From NCBI RefSeq assembly GCF_001194135.2, contig NC_068999.1, forward strand, positions 48,712,085 to 48,776,084: a stretch of 64,000 bases of DNA, given 5' to 3'. The translations under genes were made by a program, and so were the position numbers. The stretch comes from Octopus bimaculoides. Lineage: Eukaryota. Below are positions 1 to 13,229 of this stretch, piece by piece; the first letter of the stretch is position 1; each line of letters begins with the position of its first letter. Below the pieces are notes generated by a model, which ran no database searches, had not been told where the DNA came from, and saw only the letters and a list, made by a program, of their open reading frames with translations.

Positions 1-29
1 ATTAACTAATGATGATGATGATGATGATG

Positions 30-230
30 TGTGTGTGTGTGTGTGTGTGTGTTTGTCCCCACCACAGCTTAACAACCAGTGTTGGTTTGTTATGTCACCA
101 TAACTCAACAGTGCAGCAAAAGAGACTGATAAAACAAGTACCAGGTTGATTCGATTGACTAAATCCCTTAAAGTGGTGTCTCAGTATGACCACAGTCAAA
201 TGAGTGAAACTAGTAAAAGATAAAAGACAA
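30..230 (+). mobile_element. Family A SINE 3' half. Other partial copies at about 2330-2410, 4730-4800, 5647-5806, 21555-21686(-), 27153-27300(-), 29210-29350(-), 45813-45950(-), 49050-49205, 50990-51110(-), 56550-56900(-), 58060-58155(-)
   Basis: Shared tail or head motifs with 15423-15810; boundaries approximate. Confidence 0.7.
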
Positions 231-1052
231 AAGAATGAATGGATTTAGTCAGATGCTCTATTCTGCTCCCTTCAAAAAAAAATTAGCGTAATAATAAAGA
301 CTGTACAACTAAGAAATGCTCTGGAGGATGATAAAATAAACTACACACAAAGCCTTAAGCAAGAACAATTATGAATTTAGTCTATTAGCAACACAACAAA
401 ACAGAAAAAAATACAAACTTTTAAGAAAACACATACATTCATGCACACATCCATGCATATAAAGATACACCCATGCACAAACATATCTATGTAAATGGAT
501 TTTCTATCAGTTTTGACAAGTGGCTCAGTCAAGTGAACCATTTACTTATTGCGCAATGTGTAAGGGTCTGTGTTTCTCATGAACACATCAGGGGCATATA
601 TTCTGGGTGTGCTGCACACCTATTGAAAATGGCAAACTCGTTATAAATATAAAGTTTAGTCATTAATTTAAACACAAATCATAATGGAAAAACTTTTGTT
701 CTACCCCTGCCTGAAATTTGGTGACATTGGGTGTCCTGAAATAACACTGCACACCTCAGTTTGTACGCCTGATTTGAGTAATACTCATTTTAATCACAGT
801 ATGGTCAGTGTGGCAGCACATTCAATGACAACAACCATGATATGCCCCTAGAACACATGTACCCTTAACGTAATCGTTAGGCAGAATCGATGTGATGCAG
901 TGAGTGTAAGACAAGACTGGCCCTTTGAATTACAGGTATGGTCCATGTAAACAGACACCTAAACACAGACACATGCACACACACAAGATACAACAATGAT
1001 AAACGTTAAAATAATAAAGAAACTACAGAATACAAAACTTTTTAATGTTTAC

Positions 1053-3811
1053 CTGGCCAAACCTTATTTCTGAATTAACATTAATTGGGTGTTCTGCATC
1101 TTGATAAGGGGATCGCTGAAAAAGTAGGGTGTTGAAGATGAAAATGGATGCATGAATTTTATTTAGAAAAAGAAAAAAAATGTCCTGACAGCTAATAACC
1201 AAAAGAAAAATGTTTAAACCGATGTCTTTTACAAGCCACAATATTCTACATATGGCATATACCCCCATTTCACCTAACATTAAGCAGGATGATACTTAAT
1301 ACTCCTCTTGGAAAGAATACAGATTTATGCAAGTAGTTTTCCCCTTGGGAGGAATTGAACCAAGCATTAAAAGCTAACAAAATAGCCATCAATTCTACAT
1401 CACTGCTTCTGCTCACAGCAGTGAATTATACCTCTGGCAAGATGTGGACCATCAATTCCTCAGATAGTTATTTTGTATCTGTGGAATTCTGGTTTAGGCA
1501 CCCCATATAACACCTCCGTAACTTTTTTATTTTGAGTAATTTTCAAAAAATTCTTTGCATCTTTGTGTCCTGCACATGGGAATTCACAGGATGATGAAAA
1601 AAAAAAGGCATTTTTAACCCTACCCATCAAATCCTAAAACTACCATTAAAATATGGACAGTCCAATTTTTTTGCTTAAATTCCAGTAATGGACCACGTTT
1701 GGGTGTATCATCATTCCAATAAATGTGGGGGTTTTTTTTGGGGGGGGGGAATATTCAAAAACATCAATATATGCAAGAGTGACAAAGAAAAGAGGAAGGT
1801 ATCAAGTGGTCGTGGGATATGCTAAAAGCAGGGTAAATCGCCCTTAAATCACACACGTTTATAATCTAACATAAATCTAAAAATACATAAAAACGAAAAG
1901 ATTTTTGTATATTCTTACACTGAACGGTATTATTATGATGGTTCCTTGATATTTTGTGTCTTTGATAGCTCGTGGAGTGCGGTCGGAGAGTTGTATGAGA
2001 TTTCTCTGTCTATCCACTCGGTAAAGTTCAAACCTTTTACCTTCAAGTACAGGATAGATACTAATGAGGTACTGGAGGAAGCGGTCTTCTTTTTGTTTAA
2101 GGCACAGGTAAGTTTTTCTGGGAACTCCATTTATATAATCTTGGCTAGGAAACCCTGAAAACAAGAGAATTATAAAATTATCTGCTAATAGTAAAATATT
2201 TAACAACATCAGAATCATATATAGTGTCCATTTTCCATGCTGGCATGGGTTAGACAATTTGAATAGAACTGGTAAACCAAAGAGCTGCATCATTTTTGCC
2301 AGTTGAGTGGACTGGAGCAACGTGAATGAAGATTTGATTCGACTAAAGGCGGTGCTCCAGCATGGCCGCAGTCAAATGACTGAAACAAGTAAAAGAAAAA
2401 AAAAAAGAAAAGAAAAGTATGAAAAGATACCTCAAAAAGAGAAATAAGAAAGAAAAAAAAAACCAATAAACTCACCATAACCTTGGGTCTGGTAGGAGCG
2501 CACAATCTCTTGCTCAAGGGGGTCACTTGACGTAAATTTGGGCATTTTTGCATACATATCCGGCAAACAAAATAGAAAGCATCGAAAGAACTCTTTTTCC
2601 TTTGGTCCCCTTTTCATCTTCTCCCTTGGTAAACGATGACGTCTGTGCAACATGTAAGGCAAGTTGAATGCTCCTTTATCACCCATGGCACGTTTCGCTG
2701 GAGCACCATCGAACTGTAAGTCATTCAAGGTGGACATTGAGTACGTCGGTGAACTCCTGCATGTGGTGGTCGGCCAATACGGTAAAGTAACGTTTGTGCT
2801 GACACCTTCAGTGTTCGAGTGAGATATGGCTACGGTGGTCAACGAAGCATTTTCTTTCACCTGTGGAGATAGTTGAAGAGATTGTTGTAGTGATTGATTG
2901 GATGAATGCAGTTGTTGCAGTTGTTGTAATTGATGTTGTAATTGATGCAACTGTTCTGAATGATAATGATTTTGTTGTTGTTGTTGTTGTTGGTTTTGTT
3001 GTTGCTGATTTTGTTGTTGTCGTTGTTGATGATGATGCTGCTGATTTCTTTGTTGTTGTTGCTGTTGTTGATGGATTTGATGGTGGTGGTGATTCTGTTG
3101 CTGTTGTTGGTGGGGATGATGCTGACTTTGTTGTTGCTGTTGTTGTTGTTGATCATGGTGATGTAGCTGGGTTTGCTGTTGTGACTGTTGTTCAGGTTGC
3201 TGATGTATTTGTTGTTGCTGCTGTTGATGCTGCTGCTGATGATGAATCTGTTCTGGTTGATGTTGCTGATGTTTGGATTGGATCTGTGATGACTGTGAAA
3301 TTTGTTGCTGTGGGGCAATATGAGGTTGCTGTGGCTGTAGAGTTTTTTGATTAGAATTACCTCCCTGGGACTGGTGGCTCAGAGATGCTTCAGACTGTTG
3401 AGAATTTTGAAGGAGTTGTTGTTGCTGATGTTGAGGTGATGCTGGCTGTGGTGGTAGCGACTGTGGTGATGAAGTTGATGGCTGATGTGGATTTTGTGAT
3501 GAAGGTGGTATTGACTGTGATTGGTGTTGCTGTTGTTGTTGTTGTGGTTGTTGTGGTGGTGGTGGTGGTGGTGGTGGTGGTGGTGGTGGTTGTGAAGGTT
3601 GCTGAGAAGATGCAGTAGAAGCCTGCTGTATCTGTGGCATTAAGTTAATCAGAAGTCTGGCTACTTCAGCCACAGCATTGTTCATGGGAGAGGAATTCAC
3701 AGGAGCTGCAGTTGAACCATTAGAAACAGTACCAGCTGTAGTCGTTTGTGGCGCATTTTGCTGGGAGAATAGGTTAGCTAACTGCATAAAGAGTCTTGAA
3801 TTCTCTTCCAT
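1053..3811 (-). CDS. Gene A: uncharacterised protein with Q/H/P-rich low-complexity region, basic patch and a domain shared with gene B. CDS exons 3811-2476, 2154-1919, 1115-1053; 3' end probably outside the window
   Basis: ATG at 3811 lies 26 nt after an acceptor (ctatttatttcag, exon starts 3837). Exon 1 ends TATG|gtgagt (1336 nt, phase 1). Exon 2 starts ttttcag|GGTTTCCT and ends AGT|gtaaga (236 nt). Exon 3 is ctttttcag|CGATCC...GGCCAG|gtaaac (63 nt, RSPYQDAEHPINVNSEIRFGQ). All junctions keep frame, and exons 1-2 align ungapped to gene B with the same intron positions. Confidence 0.88.
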
Positions 3812-4819
3812 TTTCTACAATTAAATATTCCCTAGATCTGAAATAAATAGAAATTGAGACCAACATCATAAAAACTTAGAAACTTCAAAAGAATGTGAAA
3901 TGATCCCTGTTTCTGGAATGGTGAAACTCAAAGCAGATAAAGCTATAAATATTGTAAATATTTGATTGTCGAGGTGCAGTCAAGATCATGAGATTGTGGT
4001 TTTGATTTCTGGACTGGGTAGTGCGTTGTGTTCTTCACATTGCTCCAGTTCACTCAACTGGCAAAAATGAATAATCCTGTGACAGACCAGTGTCTCCTTC
4101 AGAAGACAAATAAATATGCAATAAAATTCAGGAATCTTGATTAGGGAAGAACTTTTGATCCTTTTCCTTTTGAAATACTAGATTAAAAACCTTGAGATAG
4201 AAAGTATTATCTGCTTAGAATTTCACCATTCCCAAAAAAGTAAAATTAAGATAATTTTAATCATGCCAATTTCCAAATTAGCTTTGAGTACCCTCATCCT
4301 TCATTCTTGAATTAGAATAGGTGTTGCAAAAATAATTAGAATTATGAGAAGATTTATGCTTGGAAGTTAAGAAGTTGCTTCTTTTTTTTTTCTTAAACAT
4401 TGGCAGCAAGTAAACAAACTTGTAAAGGATGAGTAGCATTATTGAAATTCACCCAAGTGCAGCTGGTACCTGCAGGGATAAAAGACAAACACGACCTTAA
4501 CCCATTACCTACCAGTGATCGCATATGGGATCACTTAAAAATTACAAATTTCGTAATTATCTGTCAATATTTACACATATCTAACCTTTTTGCTATATCT
4601 ACTAGGTATATTTCTCTGATATTCAAATGAGGTTTGCTAATTTTTCACCCAATATCTCGCTTATTTTTATTTAAAATGTTATTTTGATCATTCCAGCATG
4701 TTTCTAAGGCTGTTTTATGCTAGATTCATTTGACTAAAATCCTTCAAGGTAGTGCCCCAGCATGGCCACAGTGTAATGATTGAAACAAGTAAAAGCTAAA
4801 AGATAATCCTTCTTCTCAC

Positions 4820-4912
4820 CTTAGAGTAGAGTATTAAGTGGAGCATCCACCTGGAAATGACAGGTTGTTCAAACGTATGTGTGTGTGTGATCTCTTAATC
4901 AGATTCCTTTAC
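4820..4912 (-). other. Possible 5'-UTR exon of gene A
   Basis: Minus-strand acceptor cttttattttcag| at 4913 and donor ctaag|gtgaga at 4819; no coding signal. Based on splice-site pattern only. Confidence 0.35.
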
Positions 4913-5004
4913 CTGAAAATAAAAGCGTAAAAGTACAATTATAAAGTACGCTGAGTAACTACAAAGAGAGAGAAGGGTTGAGATGATCAATAATAAATAT
5001 TAGT

Positions 5005-5570
5005 ATGGCCTTGCTTTGACTCACCGTCAGTTATGATGACAAGTGTTCCAGTTGATACGAGCAATGGAACAGCCTGCTCATGAAATTCAAATGTGAGTGG
5101 TTGAGCACTCCACAAACACATATTCTTAACCCTTTAGCATTTAATCTAGCCAAATATTCTACCAAATATCCGAACAAAATATTCTACCTGTTTTATGTTA
5201 AAACTGATCAGATCCAGCCTCTCACACCTACCCTACAATGTCATTCTAAAAATATACAAACTCACCATTGAAACCTTGAAGCTACAAGATAATGCATGAT
5301 TAATTCAAAACAATGTGAATAAATAAGCAATACATTTGAGAGAATAATCTAAATGATAAAGGGTTAATATAGTTCTCAGAGAGATTCAGCATGACACAGA
5401 ATAATTATGAGGCTGGCCCTTTTGAATTACTGGTACAACTCAATTTTGCCAGGTGAGAGGACGGGAAAAACATGAAATAAAGTGTCTTGCTCAAGGACAC
5501 AACAGACAACTGGGAATCGAACTCACAACCTTACGATTGTGAGTTGAAGATCCTGACCACTAAGCCATCA
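5005..5570 (-). mobile_element. SINE family B-like copy interrupted by the piggyBac MITE
   Basis: Reverse-complement similarity to 20373-20757 on both sides of 5130-5363. Other fragments at about 800-940 and 12580-12675. Confidence 0.75.
5130..5363. mobile_element. piggyBac-type MITE (234 bp) inserted into a SINE
   Basis: TTAA TSDs at 5126-5129 and 5364-5367; TIRs CCCTTTAGCATTTA / TAAATGATAAAGGG (1 mismatch). It sits at the TTAA that is uninterrupted in the full-length SINE at 20373-20757. Confidence 0.88.
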
Positions 5571-5933
5571 ATATATCCAAGAGGAATATCAGTAAAAATA
5601 AAAGGAGTGGAGTGAAAAAATAAATATCAATAATCAGCATTTCGTAGGCACAGGTATGGCTGTGTGCTAAAACTTGCTTCCCAACCATGTGATCTTGAGT
5701 TCAGCCCCACTGCACAGCACCTTGGGAAAGAGTCTTCTACAACATCATTGGGCTGGCAAAAGTTTTGTGAGTGAATTTGTTAGATGGAAACTAAAAGAAG
5801 CCCATCATGAATGAGTGGAGTGTATACACAATGAATGAAATCTCCCATCAAAGACAGCACAGGAGTTCACACACTAAGTTCACTCCCTTCATCATTCCAT
5901 CAAATCGACATTTCATAAATATATATGAATGTA

Positions 5934-6200
5934 CATGGTCTGATCAATAAGTATCCAGATTGTTGCTATAGTAACGAAGCTAAAGCTTGCAAACTGAAGT
6001 CGCTTGGCACAGATTGACCTTGAACTCTGTTGTGCATGCACACTAGGTTTTAACATTCTAGCTTACTTCCGCTGTTTACAGCAGTGCTTGGAAGGAAGGT
6101 GTTTAGCATGTGATCATCGCACTGACATTATGAGTAAAAAAAAAAATCACCTTTCCTTGGAAACAAATGAGAGTTGGTAACAGGAAGTACATCAGCCATG
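5934..6200 (+). mobile_element. Mariner-like left-end fragment
   Basis: TA|CATGGTCTGATCAATAAGTATCC resembles mariner TIRs of the TACGAGGGxxxxCAATAAGT type; no right TIR. Confidence 0.45.
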
Positions 6201-6229
6201 AATTTGCATGCAGAGAGACCTTGAATGCC

Positions 6230-6690
6230 AGATGCACCTTCTAACCAACATTCATTCACTCAACGTTGGTGTTCCCAGGAGGCAATTCCTTGTAGTAGCA
6301 CTGAGGTCATTGATGACCTCTATGCTACCACATCCAACAACACACACACTCTTATGCAGGCAACATAATCCACCATTCCTCCCTAAGTATGCATTATCCA
6401 CATGCAACCTTAAATATAAACATTTATTCCATAAACAGAGACCTTGAGAGAATCCTTCAGACGGGCCACACCAACGTTGTCTCTTTTAACAGCAAAAAAA
6501 CTCAAGGACTATTTATATGAAGAAAACACCACCACACCACATCCCCTCTAATTGTGAATGGTACTCGGCACCTTCACACTCCCTCCAAATGCTGGGCCTC
6601 GTTATCACTGAGTATCTCTACTGGTTCTTCTCTTTAGGACCAGAAGGTATAATCAGCCCCAAACAGCTGTTGACACTCTTCAAGACTTAA
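6230..6690 (+). pseudogene. CR1/L2/Jockey-group LINE reverse transcriptase fragment
   Basis: Decayed NVGVPQG...F...INDL...THSYAD...INRDLERI..W...N.V.FN.KKTQ pattern across frames. Confidence 0.6.
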
Positions 6691-9600
6691 GTGAGGTCCA
6701 CAATGGAGTACTGACAAAAGTAACGATAAAAGCTGTGAATGAGAAACTCAATGGAAGGATTTGGCTGAAATTGGTAGCATTACAGACCAGGTTTCTGTGG
6801 AGATGTGGAACTGTATGTCCGAAAGTATTTGCTATGTGTAAAACTAATACCACTTCACACAGGGGACATGTGAAATTAGATTGAAAGAGATTAAAGCATG
6901 GATATCTGTATGTAAGGATCATGGATGTGCCAAGAATTATACAGCTCTTAAGAATTAAGAATCATTATCATCATTATATGTCTATTTTCCATGCTAGCAT
7001 GGGTTGGACAGTTTGACAGGAGCTGATAAGGCCAAGGGCTGCACCGGGTTCCATAGTCTGTTTTGGCTTGGTTTTTACAGCTTGATGCCCTTCTTTACAC
7101 CAACCACTCATGCGCCAGAGCAAGTTGTTTTACACCTATTACACTATTTTTTTCTTTTTCTTTTTTTCAGCTCGGGTCAAACACTATAGTTTAAAGGCCA
7201 TGGACTGACGATGTGGATTTTCCGAGCCCTCTTCCCCACCCCCCTTTCGCGAGCGCACATTTTTTTTTCATATTCGTTTAAGGCAAGTTGTTTTACACCA
7301 ATTTACACTATTTTTCCTTTGTTTTTGTGCTCGGGTCAAACGCTTTAGTTTAACCTTAACGGTTAGTCTAACTGTTAATTCTATATAGAGAAGATGGTCC
7401 CAGCCGGAATGCTTTTGATAACAGGTTTGCTCGATACAGATTAAACAATAACATTTTAGTTTTACCAGCAAAACGTCAAAAGACTGCATCCAAATAAGTG
7501 ATAAAATATGTTTTAGATAAATATAATATATTTATCAAAAGCTGTTGAAAAAAAATTATCAGAAATGTTAAACTTTTCGATACAACTCGTACTGCATATG
7601 CGAGGTTCTCTCAGTTTTAGGCACTAGCAGACAAAAACTTAATGTTTCACTCTACAGTGTGTTTAGAACATCTTTCTGAAGCAAGTTTTGTCAAGACAAT
7701 GAAATACCTTCGTAAGCTAATCATTAAAACATTGTGAAATATTGATCCAAACCAATTTCTTGAGAATTATAGGCAGCAACTAGTTAATGGTCGATCAAAA
7801 TCCGATAAGACATTTTGTTGCAGTAACTTCGCGAGAAAACATTAGTATCATTTCAAGCGTGTCTTCGATGATGATGATTATGATCATAATGATAATAATA
7901 TGGTAGGATTAATAACATAGTAGTTATCCATCTAATTTTTGGTTGTCCGTTGAAGGATTTCATATCAAACTAGCGTGCGTGCTTTACAAACATGAAGCGC
8001 ACCTCTTTGAGGAAGTAATTTTAAAGACCAATGGGTCACAAAATAATGAACTCTTAGATCAACACCCAAACAAATGAATTAATAGTGACTCTAATAAAGG
8101 AAAATCTGATTCGAATACAAAGAAAACTGGCCCCAAAAGTTGGCAGTTTCTCGGTAAACACAGGGCAATGCAGCTTGCATATGTTTACGTGTATATACTT
8201 TAAAAAAAAAACAAGTTCCAAGAATTGGAATTATTAGATCTAAAGTAGAATTTTAAATCCAATATAAATCGATGATAAAGAAAATAGTTTTCAGTTATTA
8301 CCTGACACTTTTTTCTGTTTTTCGTTTCGGCGGCCGGTGGTTTTATTCTTTTTATTACTTTTTTTTTTCCGAATTACATTCTCGTTCATATATTCTTCAC
8401 GCCGTCCAAATTCTGTGAATCGAATTTTTATATATATAGTTTCATGTTGTGCACATAAATACAACGAGGATACGTTCTTTATATAAGCTAGTCAAACAAG
8501 ATTTAATCGTTGTATTATAAATTCGTATTGGGACGATGGAATAGCAGGAACTGAAAGGTGACTTGAAGTGCCTTCCGGTTATTAGTTACGTCCCTTTACG
8601 CTCCGAGTTCAGTTTCTGTTGAAGGGTCCACTTTACCTTTCACGATTCTGCCATCCATAAAATAAGTTCCAGCTTCATATATATATATGTATGTATATAT
8701 ATATATATGGATATTTATTTATATAAGGGCATTATATAAATAAATATATATTACGGGAATAAATGATGGATTTTTTCCCTTATGAGGCTTTTTTCACGCT
8801 AGCTACTTGATAAATTCTTGTAAAAGAATTCATCCTATTATTGAATTTATATATATGGATGGATATATATATATATATATATANNNNNNNNNNNNNNNNN
8901 NNNNNNNNNNNNNNNNNNNNNNNNNNNNNNNNNNNNNNNNNNNNNNNNNNNNNNNNNNNNNTATGTATATATTTTTTTTTCCGACTAAATAAGAAGATGC
9001 ACTCGCTACAAATGTATTTGGCCAGTGATTCGAGTGTTACAAATTATGATAAATAACAAATAAATTATTATAATTACTAATTATTATCTTACAATTGATA
9101 TTCCCGATAATAAGATTTATTACTAAAAAGGGGGGGGGGACGAGAGTAAAATTTGAAAGATAAATAAAGGAATGAGTGAAATATATAAAGCATGTTGCTA
9201 ATAAAGAAAAGCAACAACAATATGAAAATAAAAACGATCAAAAAAAATCAATAAATGCTATGGCTTCGAAGGAGATAAATTAATTACTGATCTTTATTCG
9301 TTAGAATAGAGGATGAAAACAATTGCAATTGCGAAATGCTTTTCAGCTAAATACTGTTTGGCAATTATATTTGATAACATTTTGTATGAAATTGAGTTTT
9401 TTGGGGTTTTTTTGTGAAATTATTTGTACTTCTTTTCCAAACGGTTGACAATGATGGTTCGTATATATGAGTTGACAATGACGATTCGTGTATATAAGTC
9501 CCCAAAATCCTTGAGGTGACTGAAAACGATGTTACTAGAGAAAATAAGTGAAAAATTGTTTCTGCCTCATCGTATATTTGAAATGTGAAAAGTTTCGAAA

Positions 9601-11096
9601 CTAGAATTATAACAAGAGTGAAAAAATAAAATCAATGGAAAAAAAATTTTATGAATTAATTTGATAAGAAAATTTTAAGTTTTGCAGCAGCTGTAATTTT
9701 ATTCTTGTTGATTGTATTTTTCAGCACTATTAAATTTTAATAGCGCGTGTTTAAAAAACTAAAGGAAATTTAATGTGTGTGTAAGCAATTTCATCTAAAT
9801 CACAGTAGTGGGTAGGTGTAGCCCTCCCTACGTTGATGGTATGACACGTTATATAGTAGCTTTTTAAAAGGCTCTCGTTCGTAGTAATTACATATTATCT
9901 AATAGATATTTATATTGAGTGTACCATAAGCTATTCACATTAATGTAAAAGAAAAAAAGACATCATTCACTATAACTCTCATTTGATAAATACAATTATT
10001 TGTATTTGTTTTTCTTATTGAATTTTAGATTAATCAAAATGTTAAATTAAAAACCTGTTAATTATATTTTTATAGACGAATAATGATTTCATAATTATAA
10101 TTATCGTTATTAATAATACAATGATGATGATGATCATTGTCTGTTTCGATAATAGAGATATGGGCCTATAATAATACAAGGGACTTACTATAACACATGG
10201 AGATATTCTTAATGGATAAAGGGAGTAGTTCTTGATTAGAAGACAAATGTAATTTAGTTCCAGCCTTGACGTTGATTGCTGTAGTTATTTCTATATCAGA
10301 TATAATGCTTGGTCAAGACAATAGCGTCATTTTCGTTTAATATGAAGAAAGCTTAATTGCTTTTGACCAAGGATTAAACGACGTTAACCTAGTATACACT
10401 GGAGCTTACGGTTATAATTGTGGTCAGCTATTGAAAATAAATGCATGCTTTTCTTTACCGTTGTTTAATAAGAAAGTGAATTATAAGCAAATATATAGAG
10501 AAAGAGATTTGAAAATTAAACTAAAATATAGCAATAACTGTTGTTAGTTGTAATTATACATATAAATAATTTAATATATGGTTTAACTTCCGTAAATAGC
10601 CTTTCTGTCCACTACTACTATTACAATTGTAATAATAATCAGTAGACATTGATCAGGCCTTATGGTTTTTTCACTCCTGCCTATCGAATCCATGATCAGG
10701 TTTCAATTCCGGATGATAACCATCATGACGCTGATATCCTTGAGAAAAGCATGAACAATAATTATTACCATGGTGTTCTTTCGATTTGACTCGAAAAAGC
10801 AAAACATTGAAATCGACTCTTTCCGTAAAAAGCACGTTGACTTGTCAACTGTCAGTTGACGAAATGGGAGGAGGAGAAAGCTAATGGGTTATACGTGCGT
10901 GTGTTCTTGTTCCTCTGTCTGTGTGTACATGCTAATGTTGGTGTATACATATCTGTTTATCTAAATTCCTATAATAAAAATGGAAAAAGAGGAACAAGGT
11001 ATAGTGGAATGGAAGGTTTTATGATACCTGTGGAGTATCTCCTTCTCCCATTATAATTGTTTTGTAGTTTCAAGGAGCTGGAACAGGTCACCAATC

Positions 11097-12067
11097 TGTA
11101 ACGTCCATGTGAAGCGAGGTGATGAGAATGGCTCCTTAGCACATCACACGGTCAATGCAATGAATATAAATAGTACAATGCATATATGTGCCAGAGGGAA
11201 ATAAGAGACACAACAGGGTAGAATGTTTAAGAGAAGATTTATTGATATTGGTAACGTGTGATTGTGTGTGCATCATATATACAGAATAACAGACAGGCCA
11301 TCACAAGAACAAGATGTATGCATATGTGGGCATAATATGTATGTTAAGAACATATAAGGATGGCGATGAAGAAGAGACAGTGAAAGCGTCTATAGCCATC
11401 AAAGTGAGGAGTAAGTTTATAGGCACAAGAATGATAAATAACAGTTTGTAGTCAATTGTACACGATAGTTGTAATACTGTATCAAGTAGCGGCGATGAGG
11501 CAGAGCCGGTTATGGTACATGTCGTATGTGAAGTTGTGGCTGTGATGCTGCTGCCTGGGTTACTTGGTATAGGAGTTCTCGCAGGTTGTATATTCGCTGT
11601 TGATCTATGGTGAAGTAATTCATGAACAGTGGAGTGTTGTAACCAGGGCAAGTTGCTTGTTGAGGTGTGTACGTAGAGAGATGTTGGCGTTAGGATGAAT
11701 GATGGTGACAGAGATGGAGGTCACCATATGATGTTGGACGAAGTTGGTGAGTCTCCCCGTGGCTGCTGTTGTGTTGTCGCTGGAACTGGCAGTGTCTTGT
11801 GTGGTCAATGGCTAGACCCTAAGGGTCTGGAACCGAAAGACATCGAGACAAGGAGAAGCTAGGGTTTTATAAGAAGTTGTAGGCTCAAAGCAGGGTAGAA
11901 AACACATGTTACCTTATTTGAAGGCTGCGATTGGTTGGGTTTTGGATGTCAACTGGTGAAATAAATACATTCTCCTGACTTTGTCTTTATATTCTATATA
12001 CTTCTCGTGAAATAATCTTCACTGATTGGATTAACTGGATATCAACTGCTTAAGATTCTACATTACA
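11097..12067 (-). mobile_element. LTR (about 970 bp) with adjacent primer-binding-site remnant; likely orphan 5' LTR of a Gypsy-type element
   Basis: Minus strand begins TGTAA (12067) and ends TTACA (11097), with TATAAAA at 11871-11865 and AATAAA at 11243-11238. TGGTGACC (11093-11086) follows 3 nt after the end. No TSD found. Confidence 0.55.
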
Positions 12068-12174
12068 CTTCTCTGTGTTGGTTTGCTATGGGATTTGTAG
12101 CCTGGTCCACTGAAGGAGCTTTTTTTGTGATTACCTTCAGATTAGATAAATCCATATATTGTGCATTAAATATG

Positions 12175-12210
<36 letters not shown>

Positions 12211-12949
12211 CATATATATATAATGTATGATATAATAGATTCATGACATGAAAAACAGGCAATAGTTAGCAACAGTAGGCATCTAGCTCTATAATAATGC
12301 ATAATATATTCATGTAAGCCAATCTAAATATAGGCAAGATTAAACACTAACATTCAAATTAAACAACAAAGAAACACATAAATCTATGTACATTTGTATC
12401 GGTATTAATAGTAAACCTATATGTATGTATGTATGTATGTGTTTGTGTTGTGTAAATATACGAGGGTCCAGAGTTGTAGAAACATTCTTGAATAGTTGAC
12501 TTCATATCTCTTCCTTACTCATATTTATTTTTGTAATTAAAAGGATCTTGAAAAATATTTTATTATTTACATGCAAGCGGCTGAGGACTCCACAGGCACA
12601 TATACCCTTAATGTAGTTTTCAGAGAGATTCAGCATGACAAAGAATGCGACAAGGCCAGCACTTTGAATTACAATTCTTGTTGGGGTAGAAGAGACAACA
12701 TTCTACAAATCCTTTTGATTGAGGATACAATTCTATATTTCTATGGACATAGCTTAGTAGATGAGAATGTTGGTTAATGCAGCGCAATCATTTAGAGGTT
12801 CTGAGTTCAATCCCAGGCAAGGCACTAAGGTAATTCACAAAAAAATCAAATGAAGTAAAAAAAAATGTCATGAAATACAGAGAGTGAAATCAGAACAGCG
12901 TACTCCTGTAGATCAAATAAAGTGTTAGGTTTGAAACTCCAATTCAACA

Positions 12950-13045
12950 TCTGAGTTCAACACCACAAGACATCTGAAGAAGGCTGGAGAGTATAACAGC
13001 TGAAATGTAGTGAAAATAACAATCAAGATAAGAACACCAGCCTGA
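12950..13045 (+). mobile_element. Third, partial copy of the hammerhead-bearing SINE tail
   Basis: gacatCTGAAGAaGGCTGgagagtataaCAGCTGAAAtgtagtg (12969-13012): core retained, stems I and III weakened. Confidence 0.65.
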
Positions 13046-13073
13046 CTAGTATAAACATGATTTCTTCCATTAA

Positions 13074-13229
13074 CCCTTTAGTATTTAAACTGACCAGACC
13101 TGGCTTCTTAAATCTACTCTACAATGTCATGCTAAAAATATACAATCACATCTTAGAAATCTCAAAGTCACAAGATAATATGTGATCAATAAGTATTGCA
13201 TTTGGCAGAGGAATCTGAATCCTGAAAGG
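13074..13229. mobile_element. piggyBac-type MITE, internally deleted copy of 5130-5363
   Basis: TTAA|CCCTTTAGTATTTA...AAAGG|TTAA with internal similarity (ctacaatgtcat.ctaaaaatatacaa). Further fragments at about 24345-24419 and 60245-60540. Confidence 0.75.

Noticed and set aside
2857-3618. Val/Leu-rich plus-strand ORFs (2863-3354, 2960-3166, 3385-3618) and the Asn-rich minus ORF 2857-3318
   Set aside because: Shadow frames of gene A's triplet-repeat exon; no independent splice or homology support.
9444-9497. 27-bp imperfect tandem duplication
   Set aside because: Ordinary slippage product with no associated feature.
10836-10860. Overlapping short palindromes GTTGAC-TT-GTCAAC and GTCAACTG-T-CAGTTGAC
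   Set aside because: Too short to separate from chance or local slippage without conservation data.
11301-11808. Thr/Ser-rich ORFs of 116 and 62 aa
   Set aside because: They lie within the putative LTR, have no domain similarity and are not joined by splice sites.
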